From Ostreococcus lucimarinus (Eukaryota), in NCBI GenBank assembly GCA_000092065.1, contig CP000585.1: a stretch of DNA of 64,000 bases. The stretch is one strand, 5' to 3'. Made by a program: the position numbers and the translations under genes. Below, one piece after another: positions 39,978-49,342 of this stretch (position 1 is its first letter; the number at the start of each line of letters is the position of its first letter). Under the pieces are notes generated by a model that saw only the letters and a list, made by a program, of their open reading frames with translations, was not told the DNA's origin and ran no database searches.

Positions 39978-39986
39978 TAGGGTTTT
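39978..39986. promoter_or_regulatory. Telo-box-like element (AAAACCCTA on the minus strand) about 70 bp upstream of the RPS16 start
   Basis: Direct read of ctagggttttggg at 39977-39989. Its reverse complement contains AAACCCTA, the plant telo-box core typical of ribosomal-protein gene promoters. Confidence 0.35.
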
Positions 39987-40054
39987 GGGCTCGCGTCTCG
40001 CCCATCCGGCGACGCGCGCGTTTCGATCCGTCTTTCACCGACGCGCCGTCCATC

Positions 40055-40069
40055 ATGGCTGACCAAATG
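40055..40069 (+). CDS. RPS16: 40S ribosomal protein S16 (uS9), exon 1 (15-nt micro-exon, MADQM)
   Basis: ATG GCT GAC CAA ATG is followed by a GTGCGT donor at 40070. Confidence 0.5.
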
Positions 40070-40227
40070 GTGCGTCCCGACCTCGCGTCGAACGACAGAA
40101 ACAACCTTCGCGTCGTTCGTTCGTTCGCGCGCGCGCGCTTCGACTCGCCTCGCGCGCATCGTCGCGTCATCGTCTCGTGCGTATTGACCCTAACCGCGAC
40201 GTCCTCGGACGATCTTTCTCGACGCAG

Positions 40228-40251
40228 AGCGTGCAAACCTTCGGGCGCAAG
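40228..40251 (+). CDS. RPS16: 40S ribosomal protein S16, exon 2 (24-nt micro-exon, SVQTFGRK)
   Basis: A CAG acceptor at 40225-40227 is followed by AGC GTG CAA ACC TTC GGG CGC AAG, then a GTACGT donor at 40252. SVQTFGRK matches the conserved S16 N-terminus (human SVQVFGRKK). Confidence 0.6.
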
Positions 40252-40422
40252 GTACGTCGTCGCGCATCGATCGGTGACTCGTAATCGCATCTCTCGTATC
40301 GCGCGTCGTTCGCGACGCGGCGTCATCGGTGGGAGGCGCTCGTGCGGGATGGTTTCGCGGCGTGCGATCCGCTAGGGCTTGGGTTTGGACTCGACTGACG
40401 CCGAAACGCTCTTCTCGCGCAG

Positions 40423-40815
40423 AAAACTGCCGTCGCCGTGGCGCACACGAAGCGGGGCAAGGGCTTGATTCGCCTTAACGGTGTCCCGATCGATCTCGTG
40501 CAGCCGGACACGCTCCGACTCAAGGCGGTCGAACCCATTCTGTTGCTCGGTAAGGAGCGATTCGCGAACGTGGACATTCGCATTCGCGTGAAGGGTGGCG
40601 GACACGTGTCGCAAATGTACGCCGTGCGTCAGGCGATTGCGAAGTCTCTCGTGGCGTATTACCAGAAGTATGTCGATGAGGCGAGCAAGAAGGAGATCAA
40701 GGACCTTTTGTTGGCGTACGACAGAACCTTGCTCGTCGCGGATCCGCGCCGCATGGAGCCGAAGAAGGCTGGCGGTCGCGGTGCCCGCGCGCGCTTCCAA
40801 AAGTCTTACCGTTAA
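40423..40815 (+). CDS. RPS16: 40S ribosomal protein S16, exon 3 (main body)
   Basis: A CAG acceptor at 40420-40422 is followed by [130 protein letters not shown]. This is near-identical by eye to eukaryotic RPS16. Confidence 0.9.
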   Translation, partial: KTAVAVAHTKRGKGLIRLNGVPIDLVQPDTLRLKAVEPILLLGKERFANVDIRIRVKGGGHVSQMYAVRQAIAKSLVAYYQKYVDEASKKEIKDLLLAYDRTLLVADPRRMEPKKAGGRGARARFQKSYR

Positions 40816-40992
40816 AATTTCTCGCGTTATCGTGGAAATTTTATGGCGGGGGACGACTTTGTGAGTGTCGACATAGTATTAGACGGACAGACAATTTAGG
40901 TTTTGTGATTAAAGGAGAGACGCAGACCGACGAAAATGGTGAAACGCGCGCATCCCGGCAGACCCACAGCAAGAACCTTTTTACACTAATCA

Positions 40993-42510
40993 TTACAACA
41001 TTGAATCCAAAGAATCGCTCATCGAGCGAACGCGCGATACGGAAGAGCGGAGACGCTTCGCCAAGCCCGCTCCGAACTCTACCAGCACGAAACCGCTCGC
41101 GCTGGCGATGATGGCAAATGCCCACGCCGTGCTCGCGGCCGGGTATCCGAGCTCGTGCACCAAGGAAGAACCGAATAACTGACCGAGCATTTCTCCAAAA
41201 AAGTAGCAGCTCACGAAAAGTCCGTTTGCTAAATCTGCGTACTTTGGTCCGTCGTTTCTGACAGACGCTTGCATCAAGGGCAAGAGCGGTACAAACGCAA
41301 AGGCGCTTCCGACCCCGTAAACAACGCTTGGAAACCACACGCAAAGCCGCCTTCGGGCCGTCGCACTCAGTGGATCAGGCAATCCTAGCAAAGACGAAGG
41401 GCCGAAGAAAAAGTGTGCGACTGACATGGACGCCATGCCGATGAGGCACAGTACGATGTCGCCCACTTTTGAGTTCGGAGTGTGCGAAACAATGCCAACG
41501 ATCGGCGTCACGAGCGCATACAGCCCAGCGAGTAACGAGTACACCAAGCCAATCGTAGCTGGTGAAAAGTTCAGCGTTTGATGAAGATATAGCGGAAGAG
41601 TGGTCGGAATCCCGCCGAAACTCGTGGACACGACAAGTTCGGCCAAGGCGGCGGCCAAGAAAGTCGGCCGACGAAGCACGCGAGCATAACTCGGCCTTTC
41701 CTCCTGCGAGGGCCCGGACATTTGACCACGGTCGTCGCGACCGTCGAGTCGACGCATCGCGTACATCACTGGAGGAATTGACAGCAAAATGGCGGCGCCG
41801 TTCGCCATCAGAGGTAACTTTGGCGACGAATGAATGTCGTACAAAAATCCACCGAAAATCGGCCCAAAGAGAGTCCCGAAGCCCGCGGCTACTTCTTGCA
41901 ACCCGCTTGTGATGCTCACCGCATCTGGCGCCGCTCGCGTCACCACGCACAGCATTGTCACGCTCGTCAACGCGTTGAAAAATCCCTGAAACAACCTACA
42001 CACCAACCAAACTCTCCAGCGCGCTCGTCCCGCGAACGCGCTCGTCGCCAATACGCACGCCGCCTGCCCCAAGAGCGAATATTTCGCCACCATCGTCGCG
42101 TCGAACCGCCACAGTACCCTCGGTGCGATCGTCGGCGACACCACGAGCACGCCGAACGGCAACGCCGCGAACGTCGCTCCCACCCGCGTCGCGTCGAGTC
42201 CCGCTCGCGCGAACTCTTGGCTCAGAAATGGAAACGGCACCGACATCGACATCGTCGTCACGACCAGCGACAGCGCGAACGCCCCGAGCACCCATCCGTG
42301 CTCGCGCACGACCTCCCTCGCGCTCGCGCGCCGCCCCGACGCGTCCAAGTCGTCGCGCGTTCCGTCTTCGCGAGGCGTCCCGAGCAACGGCGCCGTCCCG
42401 AGCTCGACGCTCCGCGCGTCGCGTTCCGAGTCGGACTCGCTCGAGCGATCGCGCGCGTCGTCGTCGTTTCCGTCGCCGTCGTCGTCGTCCGTCGCGCTCG
42501 CGCTCGACAT
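40993..42510 (-). CDS. Major facilitator superfamily transporter (12 predicted transmembrane helices)
   Basis: 505-aa model from the Met at 42510 (MSSASATDDDD). The body alternates hydrophobic helices with short loops (WVLGAFALSLVVTTMSM, FGVLVVSPTIA, LFGPIFGGFLYD, LLAGLYALVTPIVGIV, AFAIIASASGFVLVEF). The ORF track extends further 5' through Pro/Arg-rich sequence that I discount. Confidence 0.65.
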   Translation of the reverse strand: MSSASATDDDDGDGNDDDARDRSSESDSERDARSVELGTAPLLGTPREDGTRDDLDASGRRASAREVVREHGWVLGAFALSLVVTTMSMSVPFPFLSQEFARAGLDATRVGATFAALPFGVLVVSPTIAPRVLWRFDATMVAKYSLLGQAACVLATSAFAGRARWRVWLVCRLFQGFFNALTSVTMLCVVTRAAPDAVSITSGLQEVAAGFGTLFGPIFGGFLYDIHSSPKLPLMANGAAILLSIPPVMYAMRRLDGRDDRGQMSGPSQEERPSYARVLRRPTFLAAALAELVVSTSFGGIPTTLPLYLHQTLNFSPATIGLVYSLLAGLYALVTPIVGIVSHTPNSKVGDIVLCLIGMASMSVAHFFFGPSSLLGLPDPLSATARRRLCVWFPSVVYGVGSAFAFVPLLPLMQASVRNDGPKYADLANGLFVSCYFFGEMLGQLFGSSLVHELGYPAASTAWAFAIIASASGFVLVEFGAGLAKRLRSSVSRVRSMSDSLDSML

Positions 42511-42761
42511 CACGCGCCGGCGTCGCCGCGCATCGAGTCGTCGAGTGCCGCGACGGCATTGGTCGACGTCCGACGCGCGCGATGGCGACGACTCGATGCG
42601 CGACGACGGTGCGAAGCGCGACGTGCATCGCGCACGCGCGATTCGCTCGGTCGACGCGCGACGCGCGGTGCGCGACGGCGACGACGACGCGCGCGCGGTG
42701 TCCCGGTGGCGGCGGCGCGTTCGCTTTTTCGACGACGAATGCGACGCGTGCGACGCGCGTG

Positions 42762-43544
42762 ATGACGCGCGGGACGGAAGAGCGCGACGAAGGGTCGAGT
42801 TCGAACTGGGAAGATCTGTTCGAGCAGTTTGAACGGCAGAACGCGGACGCGGAGGCGGCGCAAGCGATCCCACGGCACAAGACGAGGGCGCTCGAGCGCG
42901 CGCTCGCGCGGGGACGGCGCAAGGTTGAGGTTCGAGAGCTGTGTCGCGAGCTGGAATTGGAGCGACACGAGGTTCTGGGATGGTTAAAGCGCAATGGACA
43001 TCGCGCCGAGACGCTCGCGAAGAAGTTTGCGGAAGAGTTAGTGCAGGAGGATGAGGCGGCGGCGGCGGCGGCGGCGGAGCGCGAGGCGCGCGCGCAAGCC
43101 AAGGCAAAGCGAGACGCGGCGGATGAGGCGAAGGGATCTGGAGCGCGCGGTCCGGGTGGGATGCCGGCGTATAAGTCGTACAAGAAGACGAGGTTGGGAT
43201 CGTCGAACGTGGCGACGCTGGAAAAGGTGTACGCCATGACGCAGTATCCCGACGACGCCCTGATCGAGAGCGTACGACAGGCAACCAAGCTGCCGGCGAG
43301 TAAGATTATCAACTGGTTTCAAGAACGCCGTCGAGGAGCGTCGCCGTCGGCGATGCGACGCGACCGTGACGTTGTGAATAGGCAGGTGGATCGGCGAGGG
43401 ACGACCGGCGGGTACTCGTACACGCGCCGAGATGAACGCGACGAAGGAAGAGGTCTCCGCAGAGGCGATGCTCGCGACGAGTACGGTGGAGGCGGTGGTG
43501 AGCGTCGCGGACGAGACGATGCTTCCGATTGGTCTCCGAATTAA
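42762..43544 (+). CDS. Homeobox-domain protein (atypical homeodomain)
   Basis: YKKTRLGSSNVATLEKVYAMTQYPDDALIESVRQATKLPASKIINWFQERRR has the homeodomain helix-3 signature WFQ.RR. The N-terminal region is acidic and the C-terminal tail is RGG-like. Start set at the Met at 42762, since the ORF upstream overlaps the MFS gene antisense. Confidence 0.55.
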   Translation: MTRGTEERDEGSSSNWEDLFEQFERQNADAEAAQAIPRHKTRALERALARGRRKVEVRELCRELELERHEVLGWLKRNGHRAETLAKKFAEELVQEDEAAAAAAAEREARAQAKAKRDAADEAKGSGARGPGGMPAYKSYKKTRLGSSNVATLEKVYAMTQYPDDALIESVRQATKLPASKIINWFQERRRGASPSAMRRDRDVVNRQVDRRGTTGGYSYTRRDERDEGRGLRRGDARDEYGGGGGERRGRDDASDWSPN

Positions 43545-43592
43545 ATCACGCGAACGCGCACTGTTGTATTTAAACGCAATTTTTACATCAAT

Positions 43593-45533
43593 TTACAACG
43601 TGTTAAAATCCTTCAAGCCGACGGCGGAAAATTCACCATCGTTGAATTCATCTTCATCGGTAGAGAGCAATCGAGGCGAACGATAAATTCGCATTCTTAA
43701 GTCTCGCGTGGTCTTCAATGCGCGAATCAAGGCGACGCTCGTGGCGAGCCAAAGGAGGAGGATGGCGACGAGGGCAATGGAGAGCGCAGTAGTGCTCGAT
43801 TCCGGTATGTAAGGTGTCTGTGACGCGCCCGTTCTCGCCGCGGTTCCAGCCAATTTGTTTGGACAGACATCCACGTCACGACGGAATATAGCCACATCGA
43901 CGGGCTCCATCGCCTGGGCGGAGATGTCTGGGATGGTGCGGCATGTGCTTGCCTCTCCAGTTCTTTCAAAGTACGTCTGCGCGCTCGTCGTGTTCGCTAC
44001 GCAAGTCGTTCGGCGCCACTCCCAGGTCGCGTGAGTGTCGTTATGAATCGTGAGCGAGCCCGCACCGAAAGAACCCTCCCTGAACGCGCTATACGACGGC
44101 TGAGGTTCCATCCAGGAATTACCGTACGGGCCTTCGTAATTTCCTCCGTCGCCGACGACGACGTGCACGGGACCGCACTCATGCACGTGAAAGTCGTGCA
44201 CCGGATGGGACCTTTCGTAGGCATGCACGTGGCCATTGAACACGAGATCAACGCCCGCGTCGAAAAGGATTTGCTCGAGCGCTTTTCTCATACGTTCAGC
44301 CTCTTTGAAGTGTCCTCGGTTGGAATTGTACCAAGGCGCGTGAAACACGACGACGACCCAAGGGGTATACTGCCGATTGATGGTGGCTAAATCTTTGCGT
44401 AACCACGCCATCTGAGGCGTATCAGCACCATCGTACACCCCAGTCTGCGAGTTGGCGTAGCTATTCAAACCAATGATGTGCGCCTGACCGACTTCGTGAG
44501 ACCAAAACAGTTGCGATGGACTCTTCGATGCTGTGTAAGGGGAGGGATATCGCGCCATGTAGGACACGAGATCCATTCCATTTTGCGCCACGTCGTGATT
44601 TCCAGGCACGGTCAACATCGGCATACCATCCAGCAAGAATTCGCTCAGGGTGCCGAAACTATCCCATCTTGGCGCGAAGCCATCCGCGTACGACACGTCT
44701 CCTGTGTGTATCAACAACTCTGAGTCCCCCAAAGCGTCTCGAACGTGCGTCAGCACCTCCCGCGTCACGTCCGTCTGACCCGTATCGCCCACAACGGCTA
44801 TTTTTGTCGTCTCCTTCCCGTGCTTCTTCGGCGTCTTCGGCGCCCTGAAGCTTCTCGTCGTCTCGCTCCCTGGCAGCGCGTACGAATACCGCTCTCCAGC
44901 CATCAATCCCGTCATCTTCGCCGTGTGCACGATCGGCGAGTGATACACGGCGTCGGGATTGGCGTAATCCAAACACACCCCCTTAGACATCGGCGCGTCC
45001 GTCCAGAAAGCGCTCGGAATCACATCCTCGAACGTCCGCACCGAGCGATAGTTTGAAGCGTCGGCGTCCGCCCACGCCGACGTGTTCGCCAACGTCATCA
45101 GCACCCCCGGATCCACCGCCGGTGTCGTTCCCATGCGCGGCACGAATGCCGTCGGCGATCCGACGCACAACTGCGTCGTGTACGACGCGCTCATCGCCTC
45201 CGCGCGTCGTCTTTGTCTCCCGTCGCTCGCGCTCGCGTAGTACTCCACCGCCGCGTCCTCGTCCAGCGCCTCGCGCGTCGCCCAAACCACGCTCATCTCG
45301 CCCGCGCCCGTCGGCGCCAAGTGCACCTGCGTCACCGCGTCCGCGTCCGCCGTCGCGCGTCCGCGCGTCGCGCGCAGCGGCACCGCGGGCGAAGCCTCGG
45401 GTCGTTGAAATCCCGACGTCATCGACCCCGCGTCCGCCATCGCGCGCGTCCACGCGCGCGCGAACGCCGCGGTCGCCATCGCGCCCGCGCTCGCGCGCCT
45501 CCACGCCGCGCGCGCGCCTCGACGTCGCCCCAT
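43593..45533 (-). CDS. Purple acid phosphatase-like metallophosphoesterase with C-terminal membrane anchor
   Basis: Metal-ligand motifs are present: GDTGQT, GDVSYADG, GNHD, VVFHAPWYNSN, GHVHAYER. A C-terminal hydrophobic segment ALSIALVAILLLWLATSVALI follows. The exact start is uncertain. Confidence 0.7.
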   Translation of the reverse strand: MGRRRGARAAWRRASAGAMATAAFARAWTRAMADAGSMTSGFQRPEASPAVPLRATRGRATADADAVTQVHLAPTGAGEMSVVWATREALDEDAAVEYYASASDGRQRRRAEAMSASYTTQLCVGSPTAFVPRMGTTPAVDPGVLMTLANTSAWADADASNYRSVRTFEDVIPSAFWTDAPMSKGVCLDYANPDAVYHSPIVHTAKMTGLMAGERYSYALPGSETTRSFRAPKTPKKHGKETTKIAVVGDTGQTDVTREVLTHVRDALGDSELLIHTGDVSYADGFAPRWDSFGTLSEFLLDGMPMLTVPGNHDVAQNGMDLVSYMARYPSPYTASKSPSQLFWSHEVGQAHIIGLNSYANSQTGVYDGADTPQMAWLRKDLATINRQYTPWVVVVFHAPWYNSNRGHFKEAERMRKALEQILFDAGVDLVFNGHVHAYERSHPVHDFHVHECGPVHVVVGDGGNYEGPYGNSWMEPQPSYSAFREGSFGAGSLTIHNDTHATWEWRRTTCVANTTSAQTYFERTGEASTCRTIPDISAQAMEPVDVAIFRRDVDVCPNKLAGTAARTGASQTPYIPESSTTALSIALVAILLLWLATSVALIRALKTTRDLRMRIYRSPRLLSTDEDEFNDGEFSAVGLKDFNTL

Positions 45534-45566
45534 CGCGACGCCGCGCCTTTGTCTGCGGAATCTAAG

Positions 45567-46484
45567 ATGCGTCGCGTTTTCGCGTCATCCGCCGTCGCGT
45601 CGCGCCGCATGCCGCGCGTCACCGCCCGCGCGGCGACGCGCGCGCTCGCGTTCGTCTGCGTCCTTCTGACGCGAATCGCGCGCGCGCGCGCGAGCGATCG
45701 CGACTGGAGACGCTTTCGTTCGCCGCCGTTCGATGGACGACCGTGCACCGTCCCGCGCGCGTCGGTCGACGAGCTCTCGCTCGAGACGTTCGCGCGCACG
45801 TTCGAGAGCGCGGAGACGCCGGTGGTCGTCACCGGGCTCGGCGCGCGGCGAACGGGGTTCGTCGAGCGCGTCGAAAGAGGGGCGCTGCTTCGGGAGCTGG
45901 GCGCGGCGACGGTGACGCTGAGCAGCGCGAACGCGCACTCGCGCGGAAAACTTCGGAAGAGCCTGCGAGGATACGTCGAGGAGGACGTGGCGGCGAAGAG
46001 GAGAACGGATGGAAAGGAAGACGCGAGCGAGATATGGTACTGGTTCGGTGATCACGTGGAGAGCGATGGGACGATGTCGAACGGATTCGAGACGCTCTTC
46101 GGGGCGTACGACGATTTAGAATACGTCGGCGACGCGAACGTGGCGTATTCGTTCGGCGTGGGGGGACAGTTTAGCGGAGTGCCGATGCACACGCATGGGC
46201 CGGGGTGGTCGGAGAGTTTGATCGGGAGGAAGCATTGGTTCTTGGCGCCGCCGGACGCGACACCGAATTTCGATCCCAACGTGACGGCGTACGCGTGGGC
46301 GCTGGAGGCGCTGCGCCGGGGGGACGTGCGCGACGGTGAGGGTGGAATTTTAGAGTGCACGGTGAACGCAGGCGAATCGATTTACTTTCCACCGAATTGG
46401 TGGCACGCGACGGTGAATTTGGACGAGAGTGTCTTTATAAGTTCTTTCGTAAATTCAGTACAGCGCGCGCGCGATGAGTTGTGA
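45567..46484 (+). CDS. JmjC-domain (cupin) protein, JMJD8-like, with signal peptide
   Basis: The N-terminal hydrophobic segment ALAFVCVLLT precedes the JmjC core: HTHGPGWSESLIGRKHWFLAPP and YFPPNWWHATVNLDESVFISSF. Start at the Met at 45567; upstream ORF sequence is antisense to the PAP gene. Confidence 0.65.
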   Translation: MRRVFASSAVASRRMPRVTARAATRALAFVCVLLTRIARARASDRDWRRFRSPPFDGRPCTVPRASVDELSLETFARTFESAETPVVVTGLGARRTGFVERVERGALLRELGAATVTLSSANAHSRGKLRKSLRGYVEEDVAAKRRTDGKEDASEIWYWFGDHVESDGTMSNGFETLFGAYDDLEYVGDANVAYSFGVGGQFSGVPMHTHGPGWSESLIGRKHWFLAPPDATPNFDPNVTAYAWALEALRRGDVRDGEGGILECTVNAGESIYFPPNWWHATVNLDESVFISSFVNSVQRARDEL

Positions 46485-46502
46485 TATTTATGCAGTGGTT
46501 GG

Positions 46503-49223
46503 TTACTTTTCGGTGAGCTCGCGATAGCCTTTCCATGTCTTGGGCGCGATGAAGTCGTGCTTTTTCATCACCGCGAGTAAACTTTCGCTAGGGCCGTCGA
46601 GCGCTCGCTCGCCTTGCGCGGTGACGTACGTCCTCGTCGTGTGCAAGATTTCCTTCGCTTGAGACCATTCTCCGGCGACGTAATGACGTAAACCTCGCTT
46701 GAAATCTTGCAAAAAGTCCGCCGAAATACCCTCGCGCATTTTTAAAATATCTGGATGCTGCTTAAACTCGTCAGAGTATTCCATGAAGCTCAGCGTCTCT
46801 TCCTCAAACGTGCGATGTAAATTCACGTCGGCGGCGGGCGCCGCGATATTTTCTGGACGCACGTCAAAGGTGTAGAGCTCGACTGGATGCAGCGATCCCT
46901 TTACGGTGACGCAATCGATTTGCCTGCTTTCGTGTTGAACACTTGATGACAGCAAGGATGCGAATTGGCCGGTAAAGAGAAGCGGAACGCCGAATTGCTT
47001 CGTCGCTGCTTCGAGACGAGCGCTGATGTTGACATTCGGAGACAAGTACGAAGCATCCACCTTGTGCTCGCTCCCAATGGCGCCTTCGATCGCCCAACCC
47101 GCGTGAAGACCAAAACCCATCTTCACCTCGAAGTTCTTAATTCGCTCGTTCAGGGCCTCATTCCCGCGATACCGTTGTAACCGAGCGCTGCGCCGCAACG
47201 CTCCGATGATTGTGACGAATGAGGCGAGCGCGTTGTCGGCAATCATCTGAATCTTTCGACGTTTGTGTTCGTCTATATGCGCACAATTCGATATATCCGA
47301 TATATCCTCCGCAGAAATATCTTTAGGAAACTTCCACACCAATAAAAACGCATCGCCAATATTCTTATTCGCGCTCCCGCCGTGCACGTGTACTTCCACG
47401 TGCACAATCTTGGCGATCGTGTTCACAAACTCCATGATGTCCTCCTGTAACACCTCAGTCGTGTCCGTAAATTGCCGGATGTCACAAAACCCGAAAATAG
47501 CAACCATCTTTTTGCCAGGAATCATCGGATCAATCGCACCGCCGCGCTTCATGTTTTCAGCGATAATTTCGGAGCCCGCGTCACCGAATCCGACGGCGAG
47601 GAGAGAGCAAATGCGACAGATACTATTCTCTAGCAGTCGTGTCTCCATCTGATTATTTTCATCGCCACCGGTGATTTCAAATTGTGTCAGTGGATTCTCA
47701 CTCATCGCTTGAATCTTATTCACCATTCGGTCTAGTGGTCGGAGGACCAGAGCGTTGGTGTCTTTGCTGAACAGCACGGCGCCGATGGTGAGAATGAGGC
47801 ACACAAAAATTGTTCGCATGATGTTGAGCAAAGCCTGCAATTGACTCTCGCGCTGTCGATCGAAGAACGCGAAACTGAAACCACTAGGCACGTTTGCATC
47901 TGGTGTAGAAAACGTGGAGAATTCAAATTCGGTACAACGCAGTTTCTTATGCGCGTAACCGTCGAGTGCGAATGAGAGATTGCCATTGTTTGAGTAATCT
48001 GTGCCATTCACCACCAGTCGATACATTCCTTTAGTGCCGGCGTAGTATTGATTTAGCGACCGGTAAAATCCATCCGTTTCGTCGACGCTATTGATCAGGG
48101 TTTCATGCGCCATAGTGAGTCCGCCCTCTGCGAAATCCTGTCGCTCGCCGGCTGCGTACAAGCGGACATCAAACACTGGGAGCATGAAGAGCATGAGTAA
48201 AACGCCGATAATGACCCGTTTCGTCGTCAAATCGCCAAGCTTCTGCCCAACACGAGACTCAGACTGCTCAAAGTCCAACAAAGAATCTTCGTCTTCCTCT
48301 ACATACGCATTTACAGCGTTCTCGTCCATCCCTCCGACGACACTTTGCTTCACCAGACTATCGCGTTTGAGCTTGATCAAACTGTCGCGACGTTCGTTAC
48401 GCTCTCGATTGACTTCGTACGTTTTAAATATCTTCACCAATCGTATCAGGCGTATGATGCGAACGATGCGACCAGCTCGAGTTGCCGCGCGGGAAGCTCG
48501 ACCGGCTTTTGCAAATCCGGCGTCGGCGACGCCACTATCGCCGCCACCCGCGCCCGCCGTTCGAGTAGCTTCATCAAAGGTGGACCCATAAGAGTCGACA
48601 CCTTGACACGGATCCATACCAAGCGCTCGCATGAAAGCCGGAATGTCTGCGAGCAGACTTAACGTCGCCACAGAATCGAGCCAAAAGTAAAATCCTCCCG
48701 CATATTTTTCCAGGGCGAAGACGCTCAGCGCGAGTTCAATCGCGAAGCTCGCCAAGCACACCCACACCAGGACCAAAAACCCGAGATCTGCGTCTGCGTC
48801 GGTTGCGAACAAGCGCAAATCATCCCCGAAAAGGCTCCAAATCGTGATGTTTGCCATCCACATGGAGACGTGCCCGCTTTCGAGCGCCCCTCGAACGCGC
48901 CGCTTGAGCGCCTCGCCGCGCCAGCCCCTCTCGCCTTTCTCGAATTTGGTGCTCTTGCGGCCTTGCACAGTGGACGCGAAGCTCCTATCTCGCGCGGAGT
49001 CAAATATCCCGCTCGTTTTGCACGCATTTACTCCCTCACCACGCTCTTCATCCACGCTCTCACGTTCACCGCGCGATCGATATCTCGCATCGTTGGCGAT
49101 GTCCGCGTGGGCTTCCCCGAGCGTCGTCGAGTTTTGCACGAAGCACGACGCGCGGCGTCGCGCCTGCGTCTGCAAAGCCGCGCGCCTGGATGAATCGACT
49201 TTCTCTCCGTGTGCGTCAGCCAT
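46503..49223 (-). CDS. Fusion protein: N-terminal 6-TM voltage-sensor/ion-transport-like domain plus C-terminal class III adenylyl/guanylyl cyclase catalytic domain
   Basis: Hydrophobic segments S1-S3 (ITIWSLFGDDL, FLVLVWVCLASFAIELALSVF, FYFWLDSVATLSLLADIP). An S4-like helix has Arg/Lys at every third position: RAGRIVRIIRLIRLVKIFK. Later helices include IIGVLLMLFMLPVF and IMRTIFVCLILTIGAVLFS. The cyclase motifs follow: KMVAIFGFCDIRQFTD...IGDAFLLVWKFP and GLHAGWAIEGAIGSEHKVDASYLSPNVNISARLEAATKQFGVPLLFTGQF. Confidence 0.7.
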   Translation of the reverse strand: MADAHGEKVDSSRRAALQTQARRRASCFVQNSTTLGEAHADIANDARYRSRGERESVDEERGEGVNACKTSGIFDSARDRSFASTVQGRKSTKFEKGERGWRGEALKRRVRGALESGHVSMWMANITIWSLFGDDLRLFATDADADLGFLVLVWVCLASFAIELALSVFALEKYAGGFYFWLDSVATLSLLADIPAFMRALGMDPCQGVDSYGSTFDEATRTAGAGGGDSGVADAGFAKAGRASRAATRAGRIVRIIRLIRLVKIFKTYEVNRERNERRDSLIKLKRDSLVKQSVVGGMDENAVNAYVEEDEDSLLDFEQSESRVGQKLGDLTTKRVIIGVLLMLFMLPVFDVRLYAAGERQDFAEGGLTMAHETLINSVDETDGFYRSLNQYYAGTKGMYRLVVNGTDYSNNGNLSFALDGYAHKKLRCTEFEFSTFSTPDANVPSGFSFAFFDRQRESQLQALLNIMRTIFVCLILTIGAVLFSKDTNALVLRPLDRMVNKIQAMSENPLTQFEITGGDENNQMETRLLENSICRICSLLAVGFGDAGSEIIAENMKRGGAIDPMIPGKKMVAIFGFCDIRQFTDTTEVLQEDIMEFVNTIAKIVHVEVHVHGGSANKNIGDAFLLVWKFPKDISAEDISDISNCAHIDEHKRRKIQMIADNALASFVTIIGALRRSARLQRYRGNEALNERIKNFEVKMGFGLHAGWAIEGAIGSEHKVDASYLSPNVNISARLEAATKQFGVPLLFTGQFASLLSSSVQHESRQIDCVTVKGSLHPVELYTFDVRPENIAAPAADVNLHRTFEEETLSFMEYSDEFKQHPDILKMREGISADFLQDFKRGLRHYVAGEWSQAKEILHTTRTYVTAQGERALDGPSESLLAVMKKHDFIAPKTWKGYRELTEK

Positions 49224-49342
49224 CGCGCGACGCGCGCGCGAAGTGAGGCGCGCGAGCGTTTTTCTCTTCCGAAGAAATGGCGACTGTTCGTCTCCCCTTC
49301 TGCGGCGGTTCGATTGGGATTATATTACAACTGACGCGCGCG

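Noticed and set aside
42123-42761. Upstream part of ORF 42123..43544 (213 aa before Met 42762).
   Set aside because: Arg/Ser/Thr/Ala-rich low-complexity, lying antisense to the MFS transporter coding region. The homeodomain gene is started at the first Met beyond the MFS gene instead.
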